This document shows, one piece after another, positions 9,454 through 17,740 of a stretch of DNA of 64,000 bases. Origin of the DNA: a virus; the IMG/VR virus record IMGVR_UViG_3300025853_000057, positions 1 to 64,000 of that record. The stretch is one strand, 5' to 3'. Under the pieces are notes generated by a model that was given only the letters and a program-made list of their open reading frames with translations, was not told the DNA's origin and did no database searches. How positions within the stretch are numbered: the stretch's first letter is position 1; each line of letters starts with the position of its first letter. The translations under genes were made by a program, and so were the position numbers.

Positions 9454-10020
9454 ATGTTTAACTTAAATGATGCATCTTTTGATGCAAAAACTGTAGCTAT
9501 CTTTAACAACGGTGAAGCTGGTCTTGTTAGAAATGTAAAACTTTCTAAGATTGAACCTAAAACTGATGCTAATAGTAATGGTCCTGATTATAAGATTTTC
9601 TTCCAAGATGAAGCAGGAAATGAAATGAACATGGGCTTATGGTATCTTGACCAATCTAAAGATACCTTTGCTAAAGACCTTGAAAAGCAAGGTAAAACTC
9701 TTAAGCATTTAGTTCATTGTTTTTGCGGAGAGAACTTTAACATCCCAGCTTTTAACAGTACTAAAGAGCTGTTAGATGGATGCTTAAACTTAATCCAATC
9801 TAAAGCTGGTTCAATGATGGTAAGGTTGTACTGTACTTATGGTACTACTCAGTATCCTAAGAAGTACCTCCAAGTAAGAGGTTATGTTCCTTTTATTGAG
9901 TCTGAATCTGTTCCTGTAGCAGAAACTAGACTAAAGCCTAGTAACATTGACCAACTTACTAGAATTGAAGAAGATGCACCTTCTGCTGGTTCTTACACAG
10001 CAGATAGTGATGTAATCTAA
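9454..10020 (+). CDS. Putative single-stranded DNA-binding protein
   Basis: Between AAA ATPase and primase, beta-rich with acidic C-terminal tail, followed by a terminator. Confidence 0.55.
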   Translation: MFNLNDASFDAKTVAIFNNGEAGLVRNVKLSKIEPKTDANSNGPDYKIFFQDEAGNEMNMGLWYLDQSKDTFAKDLEKQGKTLKHLVHCFCGENFNIPAFNSTKELLDGCLNLIQSKAGSMMVRLYCTYGTTQYPKKYLQVRGYVPFIESESVPVAETRLKPSNIDQLTRIEEDAPSAGSYTADSDVI

Positions 10021-10038
10021 GCAAAGGTTTTGTAAATT

Positions 10039-10063
10039 AGGGGGCTTAAACGCCCCCTTTTTT
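10039..10063 (+). terminator. Intrinsic terminator
   Basis: AGGGGGC-TTAAAC-GCCCCCT hairpin followed by T-run. Confidence 0.8.
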
Positions 10064-10066
10064 ATT

Positions 10067-11083
10067 ATGATAAATCTTAATAAGCTTGACTACGACTTAC
10101 TATCTTCAGAGCTGATATTAGAAAAAGTATCAGACTATCAAATATTTGCATATTACATACAAGGACTAGAACTAAATACATCATTTAATAGTCCTTTAAG
10201 GAATGATGATATTCCTTCTTTTAGTGTGTTTTATGCATCTAGATTGGGCAAGCTTTTGTTTAGAGATTTTGCAACTAAAGAAAAAGGTGATTGTTTTGTC
10301 TTTGTATCTAAGCTTTTTGGCTTAAACTACTATCAGAGTCTACAAAAAGTAGCTTTTGATTTTGGTTTAATAAAAGAAGGAACTAATGGTGATAGAGTAA
10401 AGAAAGAACTGCCAAAAGACAAAGAATACAAAAAATACTCTTCAACAGTACATCTAGGAATAAAAAGTATGGACTTTACACCTAAAGATTTAAGGTTTTG
10501 GTCTAGCTTTGGTATAAGCAAATCTACTTTAGAGAAATATAATGTAAGCAGTTGCTCACATATATTTATTAATGATTATATAATAAAAGTAGATAATAGC
10601 AAAAGTCCTGCTTATGCTTATCTAGAGTATAAAGATGAAAAGTATACCTACAAAATCTATCAACCTTTTGAAAAGAAAAGAAGATTTATATCCAATGTGG
10701 ATAAATCTGTATGGCAAGGATGGAGACAAATGCCTGATACAGGAGAAGTCTTAATAATTACTAAGTCCTTGAAAGATGTGATGGCTATTACTGAAGTAAG
10801 TGGGATAAATTCTGTATCTTTACAAGCAGAAACCACTGAACCTAAGCCTCACATCATTAAGCAGTTAAAACAAAGATTTAGTAAAATATACTTGCTTTAT
10901 GATAATGATTTTAACAAAGAAGTAAATAGAGGAAGAATATATGGAAAGGAAATAGCTTCTACTTTTAAAATCAAACAGATTGAAATACCTGATGAATATA
11001 AATCTAAAGACTTTTCTGATTTAGTTAAAAATCATGGAAAGCAAAAATCCCAACAAATTCTCATTAATCTTTTAAACCCTTAA
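10067..11083 (+). CDS. DNA primase (DnaG-like, TOPRIM)
   Basis: SPLRNDDIPSF..F.DFAT...GDCF.FV N-terminal domain; IITKSLKDVM and YDND TOPRIM motifs; KDFSD. Confidence 0.85.
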   Translation: MINLNKLDYDLLSSELILEKVSDYQIFAYYIQGLELNTSFNSPLRNDDIPSFSVFYASRLGKLLFRDFATKEKGDCFVFVSKLFGLNYYQSLQKVAFDFGLIKEGTNGDRVKKELPKDKEYKKYSSTVHLGIKSMDFTPKDLRFWSSFGISKSTLEKYNVSSCSHIFINDYIIKVDNSKSPAYAYLEYKDEKYTYKIYQPFEKKRRFISNVDKSVWQGWRQMPDTGEVLIITKSLKDVMAITEVSGINSVSLQAETTEPKPHIIKQLKQRFSKIYLLYDNDFNKEVNRGRIYGKEIASTFKIKQIEIPDEYKSKDFSDLVKNHGKQKSQQILINLLNP

Positions 11084-11094
11084 TCTTTAAAACT

Positions 11095-11493
11095 ATGCGT
11101 AATATTCGTGTAATCTCTCCTCAATCTACCTCTGCTAGAACTTTTGAATCTGAAGCTACTAACTGGGGTGACCTTAAAGAAGAGTTATCTGGAACCTATT
11201 CAGGTATTTCAGATATGAAAGCTATTGTTAGAGAGACTAGAAATACTCTAGAATCTGATAATGCCTCTTTACCTGAAGGTAATTTTACTGTCATTCTTAG
11301 CATGAAGAAAATTGAATCTGGTAGTGGTAATCGCACTAGATACACTGATTCTCAAATCAGAGAAATTCGTACTAAGTTGATGAATCTTTTGGAAGATATT
11401 CTAGAAGATGTTAATGGTTCTATTCCAGATGAAAGTTTATCTGAAGAAGAGCTAGAAGATTTGGAAAATCTTCGTTCTGAAGGTTTGGCTTAA
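11095..11493 (+). CDS. Putative ubiquitin-like (beta-grasp) modifier precursor; Gly76 followed by 56-aa acidic extension
   Basis: beta-beta-alpha-beta-beta-beta pattern (IRVISP/RTFES/TNWGDLKEEL/MKAIVR/TLE/FTVILS) ending in KKIESG; first gene of an E2-JAB-E1 cluster. Confidence 0.65.
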   Translation: MRNIRVISPQSTSARTFESEATNWGDLKEELSGTYSGISDMKAIVRETRNTLESDNASLPEGNFTVILSMKKIESGSGNRTRYTDSQIREIRTKLMNLLEDILEDVNGSIPDESLSEEELEDLENLRSEGLA

Positions 11494-11513
11494 TTTTCAG
11501 TACTCTTAAACCT

Positions 11514-11546
11514 AAAGAGGGTAGTCAATAGGCTACCCTCTTTTTT
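11514..11546 (+). terminator. Intrinsic terminator between Ubl and E2-like genes
   Basis: GAGGGTAGTC-AATA-GGCTACCCTC hairpin followed by TTTTTT. Confidence 0.85.
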
Positions 11547-11566
11547 ATTTTACATATTAAAAGCCT

Positions 11567-12919
11567 ATGACAGAATTAGAATATGCTTTAGAAAATCCGA
11601 AACCTATTGGAGAATTTGTTGAAGAGCACTCTTTGTTTTCTATCAAACAAGAAACATTACAAGAAGATATAACTACAAAGCTTATTCCTTTAGTTTTTAA
11701 CAAAGAAGCAGAAGAGTTTATTATATGGCAAGCTGGGACTATACACCCCTATAATAAAGAAAGAAATGATTTGCGTATTGTAAATGGTTTTTTAACAATT
11801 AATAGTCTTACAATAACTGATTGTTACATTTTACCTTTTGAAGTTGAAAAAGAGTTAAGATTTAATAGAGACCTAACAAATTTTAAGGAAGACCTCTTAA
11901 GTAGTTCTTCTCTTAAAAATGACTACAATAGACTAATAGAGATAGTAAGAGCTGCTGAAGAAATTTATGGAGAAGACAAAGTAGATTTAAAACTAGATAA
12001 TGAGGAAAATATTAGTCTAATAGTACATTACCCTCAAATAGATATAGATGATGAAAATGGTAATACAGAAACTATTTTTGACTCCTATATATGCTACCCT
12101 TTTAGCTTGAATTATGAGGCTTTAAGATTAAGAAATAAAATAGAGATGTTTTCTTCTCATGGTACTTTTGAACAAGCTGGAGCTGGTTATATACATTCTC
12201 ATGCTGCTACTAGAAGTCTTGAGAATTTCTTTTCTAAAAGAAACCTATGTCTAGGAGCTACAGATTTGCAGTGCTTAGTGGATGAGCTACATAGTACAAG
12301 TAACCTAAATGAAGTTGAAGCAGTAGCATTTGAATCTTTATTCTATCAAGTTGATGAACTTCTAGTTTGGGAATCTGAGAATGGAGGTCCTTATATTTAT
12401 TTAAGAGATTTAGGTGAGGATCTTTCAAGGTATGTATTTTTATCGACAGATGATTACTTAGATGAAGATGACTTGACTAATTTTTTACAACAGGCTTTCA
12501 AAAATATAGATATGCTGGAAGAGCCTTATAATTTAGGAACTAATGCATTTATCTATCCTTCTGTAGGTATGCTTGTTGATGCAGGTGAATCCTTTTCTTC
12601 TTTTACCAATGTTATTAACTCCTATTATAATGAATATGAAAATGAGTATTTATTAAGTAGAGAGCTGGACAATGTTGCAAATTTAGCTCTCATAGATAGT
12701 TCACATAAACCCTACTTAACTTTTAGAAATAAACCTATAAATTACGGTATTGATTATGAAAACAAATTACTGGATACAACAGCAACCCTACCCCCAAGAG
12801 AATACGTTGAAACCTTATTCAAGCACTTATCAAAGTACTTACAAGACCTTGGTGAAAGAGAAAGGATTGAAAGTACATCTCTCCCAAGAGATATTAGCGA
12901 AAATTTGGTATTTATGTAA
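11567..12919 (+). CDS. Prokaryotic E2-like (UBC-fold) conjugating-enzyme domain protein
   Basis: GYIHSH-x15-C(LG) (Cys codon 12248-12250) resembles the E2 HPN...C signature; followed by helix and WESENGGPY; lies between Ubl and JAB. Confidence 0.55.
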   Translation: MTELEYALENPKPIGEFVEEHSLFSIKQETLQEDITTKLIPLVFNKEAEEFIIWQAGTIHPYNKERNDLRIVNGFLTINSLTITDCYILPFEVEKELRFNRDLTNFKEDLLSSSSLKNDYNRLIEIVRAAEEIYGEDKVDLKLDNEENISLIVHYPQIDIDDENGNTETIFDSYICYPFSLNYEALRLRNKIEMFSSHGTFEQAGAGYIHSHAATRSLENFFSKRNLCLGATDLQCLVDELHSTSNLNEVEAVAFESLFYQVDELLVWESENGGPYIYLRDLGEDLSRYVFLSTDDYLDEDDLTNFLQQAFKNIDMLEEPYNLGTNAFIYPSVGMLVDAGESFSSFTNVINSYYNEYENEYLLSRELDNVANLALIDSSHKPYLTFRNKPINYGIDYENKLLDTTATLPPREYVETLFKHLSKYLQDLGERERIESTSLPRDISENLVFM

Positions 12920-13955
12920 AAGTATCAATGACGTAGAATGGTCAGGTATAATCTTTTGTAAAACTGAAGGACATCCTATAAATCTTGATACTTTTAAGTT
13001 AGAGCCTATAGATATTCTTCCTATGCATAAGGGAGAGCCTTCATATACAGAGTTTGAGGTAGATGAATCTATTATTGATGCTTATGATAATAACCCTGTA
13101 TTAGAAGATTGTAAAATGGGTATTATCCACTCTCATGTAGATATGAATGTATTCTTTAGTGGTACAGATACTTCTACTTTGCATAAGTACGCTGCTATGT
13201 CTAATTTCTGTATTTCCATCATTGTTAATAATGCTGGAGATGTTACAGGTAAAGTCGCTTATTTGGTAAAAAACAAAACCAAATCTTATCTTTCTGAGTA
13301 TATGAATGAAGATGGTAATTGGATTAGTTCTAAAGAAGAAGAAAATGAGGTAGAAAATAGTGTAATTGTAGAAGTACCTCTTACTTTTTCCTTTGACTTA
13401 GATAACCTATTTAATAATAGAGTAGATACCATTATTAAAAAAGCTCAGGAAGAAAAGAAAGTTGTTGGATTTGGAAAAACAAAAACTGTTACACAAAGTT
13501 CATCATATAGTAATCCTTATAACTACTTCAATAATCAAGTACCTGCTAACACTGAATATAAATACAGTAGATACGAATTACTTAATTTCATTTGTAAGCT
13601 TTTAGAAAATAATACTAACAGCCTTAATAGTGGTGTTTTAGTAGCCTTGGATAAGTTTTATAAAGAAGTTTTAGGTAAAGGTCTATGTAAAGCAGATGAT
13701 ATGGTAGATTGGTTTATTAACTCTATTGCCAGCAACCATGGAGGAAAATTCTTCCCTAGTACAGTTTCTCAAACTCAAGAAGCTGATTTTATAGGTCAGG
13801 CTTTAGATATTTTAGTAGAAGTAAGTTCAAATGATGCTATAGCAAAAGCAGATAAAGAAGATGTGCTGTCAGATTTATATGAAGCTTTAAACAGCATCTA
13901 CTATGACGATGATGAAATTCTAGACGATGACTATGATTTCACACATGTGTACTAA
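12756..13955 (+). CDS. JAB/JAMM (MPN+) metallopeptidase
   Basis: EWSG...IIHSHVDMNVFFSGTD = E-xn-HxH-x7-S-x2-D; start uncertain (ATG 12756). Confidence 0.85.
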   Translation: MKTNYWIQQQPYPQENTLKPYSSTYQSTYKTLVKEKGLKVHLSQEILAKIWYLCKSINDVEWSGIIFCKTEGHPINLDTFKLEPIDILPMHKGEPSYTEFEVDESIIDAYDNNPVLEDCKMGIIHSHVDMNVFFSGTDTSTLHKYAAMSNFCISIIVNNAGDVTGKVAYLVKNKTKSYLSEYMNEDGNWISSKEEENEVENSVIVEVPLTFSFDLDNLFNNRVDTIIKKAQEEKKVVGFGKTKTVTQSSSYSNPYNYFNNQVPANTEYKYSRYELLNFICKLLENNTNSLNSGVLVALDKFYKEVLGKGLCKADDMVDWFINSIASNHGGKFFPSTVSQTQEADFIGQALDILVEVSSNDAIAKADKEDVLSDLYEALNSIYYDDDEILDDDYDFTHVY

Positions 13956-13969
13956 ATAAATAAATAAAT

Positions 13970-14665
13970 ATGCAAAATTCTTATAACTCCCGTTTTAAGG
14001 ATGCTGCATGGTTACCTACTGCCCAGTCCCTTGATGTAACTATCGGAGGGGCTGGGGGTATAGGTTCCATTGTAGCATTTCTTATGTCCAGAATAGGACC
14101 TAGGTCTATAACTTTATATGACAACGATACAGTAAACAGGCATAATTTATCTAATCAGCTTTTTGGCAAAGAGGATATGGATAAGTCTAAAGTAGAAGCA
14201 GTAATGAACTTATGTAAAAACTACTCACGTTATTTCATTAAAGCAGTTCCAGACTTATTTACTTTGCAAACACCTTCTACTCCAGTGATGTTTAGTTGTT
14301 TTGATAATATGGAAGCTAGAGAACAAATGTTTGAAGTATTTAAACAAAACTGTGATAAACACCAAGAAGAAGGTACACCTCCAATATTTATAGATGGTAG
14401 ACTAACAGCAGAGCAGTTTTTCATATATGCAGTTACTCCAAATAGAATAGAGGATTATGAAAAAACTCTATTTCCTAGTAGTGAAGCTGCAAACTTGCCT
14501 TGTGGTTTTAAAGGTACTACCCACAATAGCTTTATGATTGGCTCTAAGATGGTAGCTTTGTTTACAAACCATTGCTTTAATATAGCTGTAGGAGAACATA
14601 TTAGGGATGTTCCTTTTAGTGTAGAAAATGAAATCTTTAACATGCTAGAAACTGTAACATTATGA
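13970..14665 (+). CDS. ThiF/MoeB/E1-family adenylating enzyme
   Basis: GAGGIGS, YDNDTVNRHNLSNQLF, KSKVEA, CFDNMEAR, FIDGR; candidate catalytic Cys in NLPCG; N-terminal SRF arginine finger. Confidence 0.9.
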   Translation: MQNSYNSRFKDAAWLPTAQSLDVTIGGAGGIGSIVAFLMSRIGPRSITLYDNDTVNRHNLSNQLFGKEDMDKSKVEAVMNLCKNYSRYFIKAVPDLFTLQTPSTPVMFSCFDNMEAREQMFEVFKQNCDKHQEEGTPPIFIDGRLTAEQFFIYAVTPNRIEDYEKTLFPSSEAANLPCGFKGTTHNSFMIGSKMVALFTNHCFNIAVGEHIRDVPFSVENEIFNMLETVTL

Positions 14666-15480
14666 TTAACATTGTACAAACTAGGAATATATATCCTCCT
14701 ACTTATAAAATCAATACTGATAGGAGTAAAGTTATTTATGGTAAAAAAATTCTAGACAGAAATCTTTTGCAAAGAAGAGTATTTCTAAATCATAGTGAAT
14801 ATAATAGTTTGCCTTCTTTAGTTATAACTCCTACTTTTTATCAAATTGGAATAAGTATAAGTATTAATGGGGGAGAACAATATACAGGAATAGCATTCTT
14901 GAAGAACCTTACAACTCTTCTTAAAGAAAACTTAAATGTCTTACTAACTCCTGACTTAGAGTTTAATAACAATTGTAAAGTACGTACTTATACTTCTACT
15001 CATCAGGTTAGGTTAGAAACCTTAGCTAATCCTTTTGATATTGTTAACAATGGTATCTGTTATGTACATGGGAGTTTACTTTACTTAGATTCATTATTAG
15101 CAGTTCCTTTAGCTGCTCTTACTATAGATAAATCTTATATGCAACTTCCTTTTATTTATTTCTTAGTAAGAGAAATATTAGGAGAGGAAAAAATGCAAGA
15201 ATTAGGTCTAGGTCTAGATGAGTTTTTAAGTATTCCAGGTCTTTTTAAATTAGAAGTATCTAACCCTCCTCTTTTAGATGAAGATTTTTTGTTAAGTAGC
15301 CAGCTAATAAAAAGCTTATGGAAAATGATAAAACATGCTCAAAAGATTGGTTTAGAAATTAAAGGCAGAGATGATATGAAAAAAGAAGACTATGTTTCAA
15401 CCATACAAAATGATATTACATTTGATGAGTTTGTTGAATATGTAAAATCTAAAGTAGAAGAGGAGGAAGTAAATGCATAA
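14662..15480 (+). CDS. Hypothetical protein translationally coupled to E1
   Basis: ATGA overlap with the E1 stop; no recognisable motif. Confidence 0.6.
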   Translation: MINIVQTRNIYPPTYKINTDRSKVIYGKKILDRNLLQRRVFLNHSEYNSLPSLVITPTFYQIGISISINGGEQYTGIAFLKNLTTLLKENLNVLLTPDLEFNNNCKVRTYTSTHQVRLETLANPFDIVNNGICYVHGSLLYLDSLLAVPLAALTIDKSYMQLPFIYFLVREILGEEKMQELGLGLDEFLSIPGLFKLEVSNPPLLDEDFLLSSQLIKSLWKMIKHAQKIGLEIKGRDDMKKEDYVSTIQNDITFDEFVEYVKSKVEEEEVNA

Positions 15481-15910
15481 ATTCTTTATACCAGGTAATG
15501 TACCTTCTCTTAAAAATTCTAAGGTAAAAACCTCAAGAGGGATTTTTCCTTCTAAAACAGTTGTAAGCTACTTAAAAGACCTGGGTATCAAAAGATACTC
15601 AGTAAGAGATAAAGTAGTAGAAGAATATGTTAGAAGGGAAAATCTCTTTAAAAAGTACTTAGCTACTTTCCCTACTGAATTAGAGTATCCTATACACATG
15701 GGATTTCATTTTATTAGGAAGTCTAAAAGAGATTTTGACTTCAATAATGCTACACAAATAATTCAGGACTTGTTAGTAGCACACAACTATATAGAAGATG
15801 ATTCTATGAGGTTTTTACTCCCTTATCCCCTACAAATTGAAGGTTTGTACTATTCCATAAATCCTAAGAACCCAGGAGTAATTTTAAAAGTTGATTATGA
15901 CAGAAGATAA
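15473..15910 (+). CDS. RusA-like Holliday junction resolvase
   Basis: IPGNVPSLKNSK...DFNNATQIIQDLLV..NYIEDDS acidic catalytic pattern. Confidence 0.75.
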   Translation: MHKFFIPGNVPSLKNSKVKTSRGIFPSKTVVSYLKDLGIKRYSVRDKVVEEYVRRENLFKKYLATFPTELEYPIHMGFHFIRKSKRDFDFNNATQIIQDLLVAHNYIEDDSMRFLLPYPLQIEGLYYSINPKNPGVILKVDYDRR

Positions 15911-16085
15911 AGTGATACCCCCATGCCCTGACCTTAGTAAAAAGGTGAAACACGTTTTAAATGATAAGACTATCATTTATTTTAGTAGAAAGCTCTCACT
16001 AAAAGAGATAAAAGAAAGAATCAAGCTGTATGAAAAGAATGCAGAAAAAGTAACTAACTCAGTAACAGTATATAAAAATGACTAA
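15891..16085 (+). CDS. Hypothetical small protein
   Basis: Overlaps both neighbours in operon. Confidence 0.45.
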   Translation: MIMTEDKVIPPCPDLSKKVKHVLNDKTIIYFSRKLSLKEIKERIKLYEKNAEKVTNSVTVYKND

Positions 16086-17136
16086 TATTATTTCAGATAA
16101 ATTATCCCATTTAAGCTTTAGTAAACTGGCTTTATTGGATAGAAGTCCTAAGGATTTTTATAAAAGATACATAGAGCAAGAAGAAGTTATTTCAGATAAA
16201 CATGCTGTTAACTTAGGTTCTCTAGTAGACTGCTTACTTACTGAACCTGATAATCTTTACAGTATTTTTAAAGTAGTTAGTCATAATGAGCCTACAAATC
16301 TAATGAAAGATTATACTGATTTATTTATAAGTTACTATAAAAATCTTATGGCTGACACAGATAGTGAGTTAAGTGATAGTGAGAAGCAGCTTGCTGCCCA
16401 TGAAAGTGCTTATACTCATGGTACATTTAAAATTAGCTCAGATAAAGTTATAGAAAGGTTTAACAAAGAGGCTAAAGATTATGCAATGGATATAGTAACT
16501 GCTGGAGATAAGATAATTGTAACGACTGAAGATTTCTTTAAAGCCAGTGCTTGTTCTACTGCTCTTTTAAATAACAAGTTTACTAAAGACTTTCTAAGCC
16601 AATACATTGTAGGAAACAAAGAAAAAATCTATCAACTAGAGGATACTTTTGAAATACTAGACAACGGATTTCCTCTTACTTTTAAAGTTAAACTTGACTT
16701 AGTTATCATAGACCATGATAATAAAATTATTCAGCCGTTAGATATTAAGACTACAAGCAGTAGCCCTTATGCTTTTACTAAGTCTATGTATTCTTACAGG
16801 TATGATATTCAAGGAGCTTTATATTCCCACTACATTAATCATGTCTTTAAAGCTAGAAAAGGTCTAGAAGACTATAAAGTTTTTGACTTTAAATATATTG
16901 TAGTAAATGTAGACTATCCAAAAAATCCTCTAATATGGAAGCTTAGTTATAATGATAACAGAGCTGCCTTTGCAGGCAAACTAGCAGGCTACAATAGAGC
17001 AGGTATTTGGGAGCTTATTAATGACTTACACTGGCATTTAGAAAATGATTTGTGGGATTACTCAAGAGAGATTTATGAGAATAATGGTGTGATAGAAACT
17101 AGAATGCATAATGAGCCAGAAAGAACAGAAGAATAA
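16078..17136 (+). CDS. PD-(D/E)XK exonuclease (Exo VIII/RecE-like)
   Basis: LSFSKL, GSLVDCLL, KVKLD...DIKTT, YRYDIQGALY. Confidence 0.8.
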   Translation: MTNIISDKLSHLSFSKLALLDRSPKDFYKRYIEQEEVISDKHAVNLGSLVDCLLTEPDNLYSIFKVVSHNEPTNLMKDYTDLFISYYKNLMADTDSELSDSEKQLAAHESAYTHGTFKISSDKVIERFNKEAKDYAMDIVTAGDKIIVTTEDFFKASACSTALLNNKFTKDFLSQYIVGNKEKIYQLEDTFEILDNGFPLTFKVKLDLVIIDHDNKIIQPLDIKTTSSSPYAFTKSMYSYRYDIQGALYSHYINHVFKARKGLEDYKVFDFKYIVVNVDYPKNPLIWKLSYNDNRAAFAGKLAGYNRAGIWELINDLHWHLENDLWDYSREIYENNGVIETRMHNEPERTEE

Positions 17137-17740
17137 AGCTTCTTTTCTTGTTCTACCTATGCTAGGCTTTAACAAAGATTTCTTTGGTTGGTCTAATAAT
17201 CTAGTAAATTGTTACATTAAAGACTTAAATTATCCAGAATTTGATAATCACATTGTACTTATGTATGAATACCCTGAGTTACTTAATGAAAGGGATATAC
17301 AGAATATAGTAAAGCAGGAGGCTAATCTTAATGAGATAAATGAACATCTTGTTCATAGGTATGAACCTTCAGTAAATAAATCTGTGTTTATTTATGATGT
17401 ACCTAAGCAGTATCAAAGTGACTATGACTGGTTTAGGTATGGTAAATACTCTAAAATGTCTCCTAAATTTAAAGAGCAGATACTAGATTTTCATCATGGT
17501 TCTAATATAAAAGGTATTATAGGAGTTCTTTCTAGAAATCAGGTAATGCTAAGAAATTTACATAAGAACTTAGGTTGTATGAGTGAAGTATGCAAGTGTA
17601 AACATAACACTTATCTATCTTGTAGTAAATTTCAAGACTATATATTTGACTTTGATAAGTCAGAGATATGGTCTATTCCTGGAGATGAAGAAATACTTTA
17701 TACCACTATTGAACCTATTAAAAATACAAAGGTAGAGTGA
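17111..17740 (+). CDS. Conserved hypothetical protein
   Basis: FLVLPML...GKYSKMS pattern; Cys-rich segment; function unknown. Confidence 0.55.
   Translation: MSQKEQKNKASFLVLPMLGFNKDFFGWSNNLVNCYIKDLNYPEFDNHIVLMYEYPELLNERDIQNIVKQEANLNEINEHLVHRYEPSVNKSVFIYDVPKQYQSDYDWFRYGKYSKMSPKFKEQILDFHHGSNIKGIIGVLSRNQVMLRNLHKNLGCMSEVCKCKHNTYLSCSKFQDYIFDFDKSEIWSIPGDEEILYTTIEPIKNTKVE

Noticed and set aside
13970-14665. ThiF/MoeB as a thiamine, MoCo or tRNA-thiolation auxiliary gene
   Set aside because: No ThiG, MoaE, rhodanese or desulfurase genes nearby; neighbours are E2-like, JAB and Ubl-like genes.
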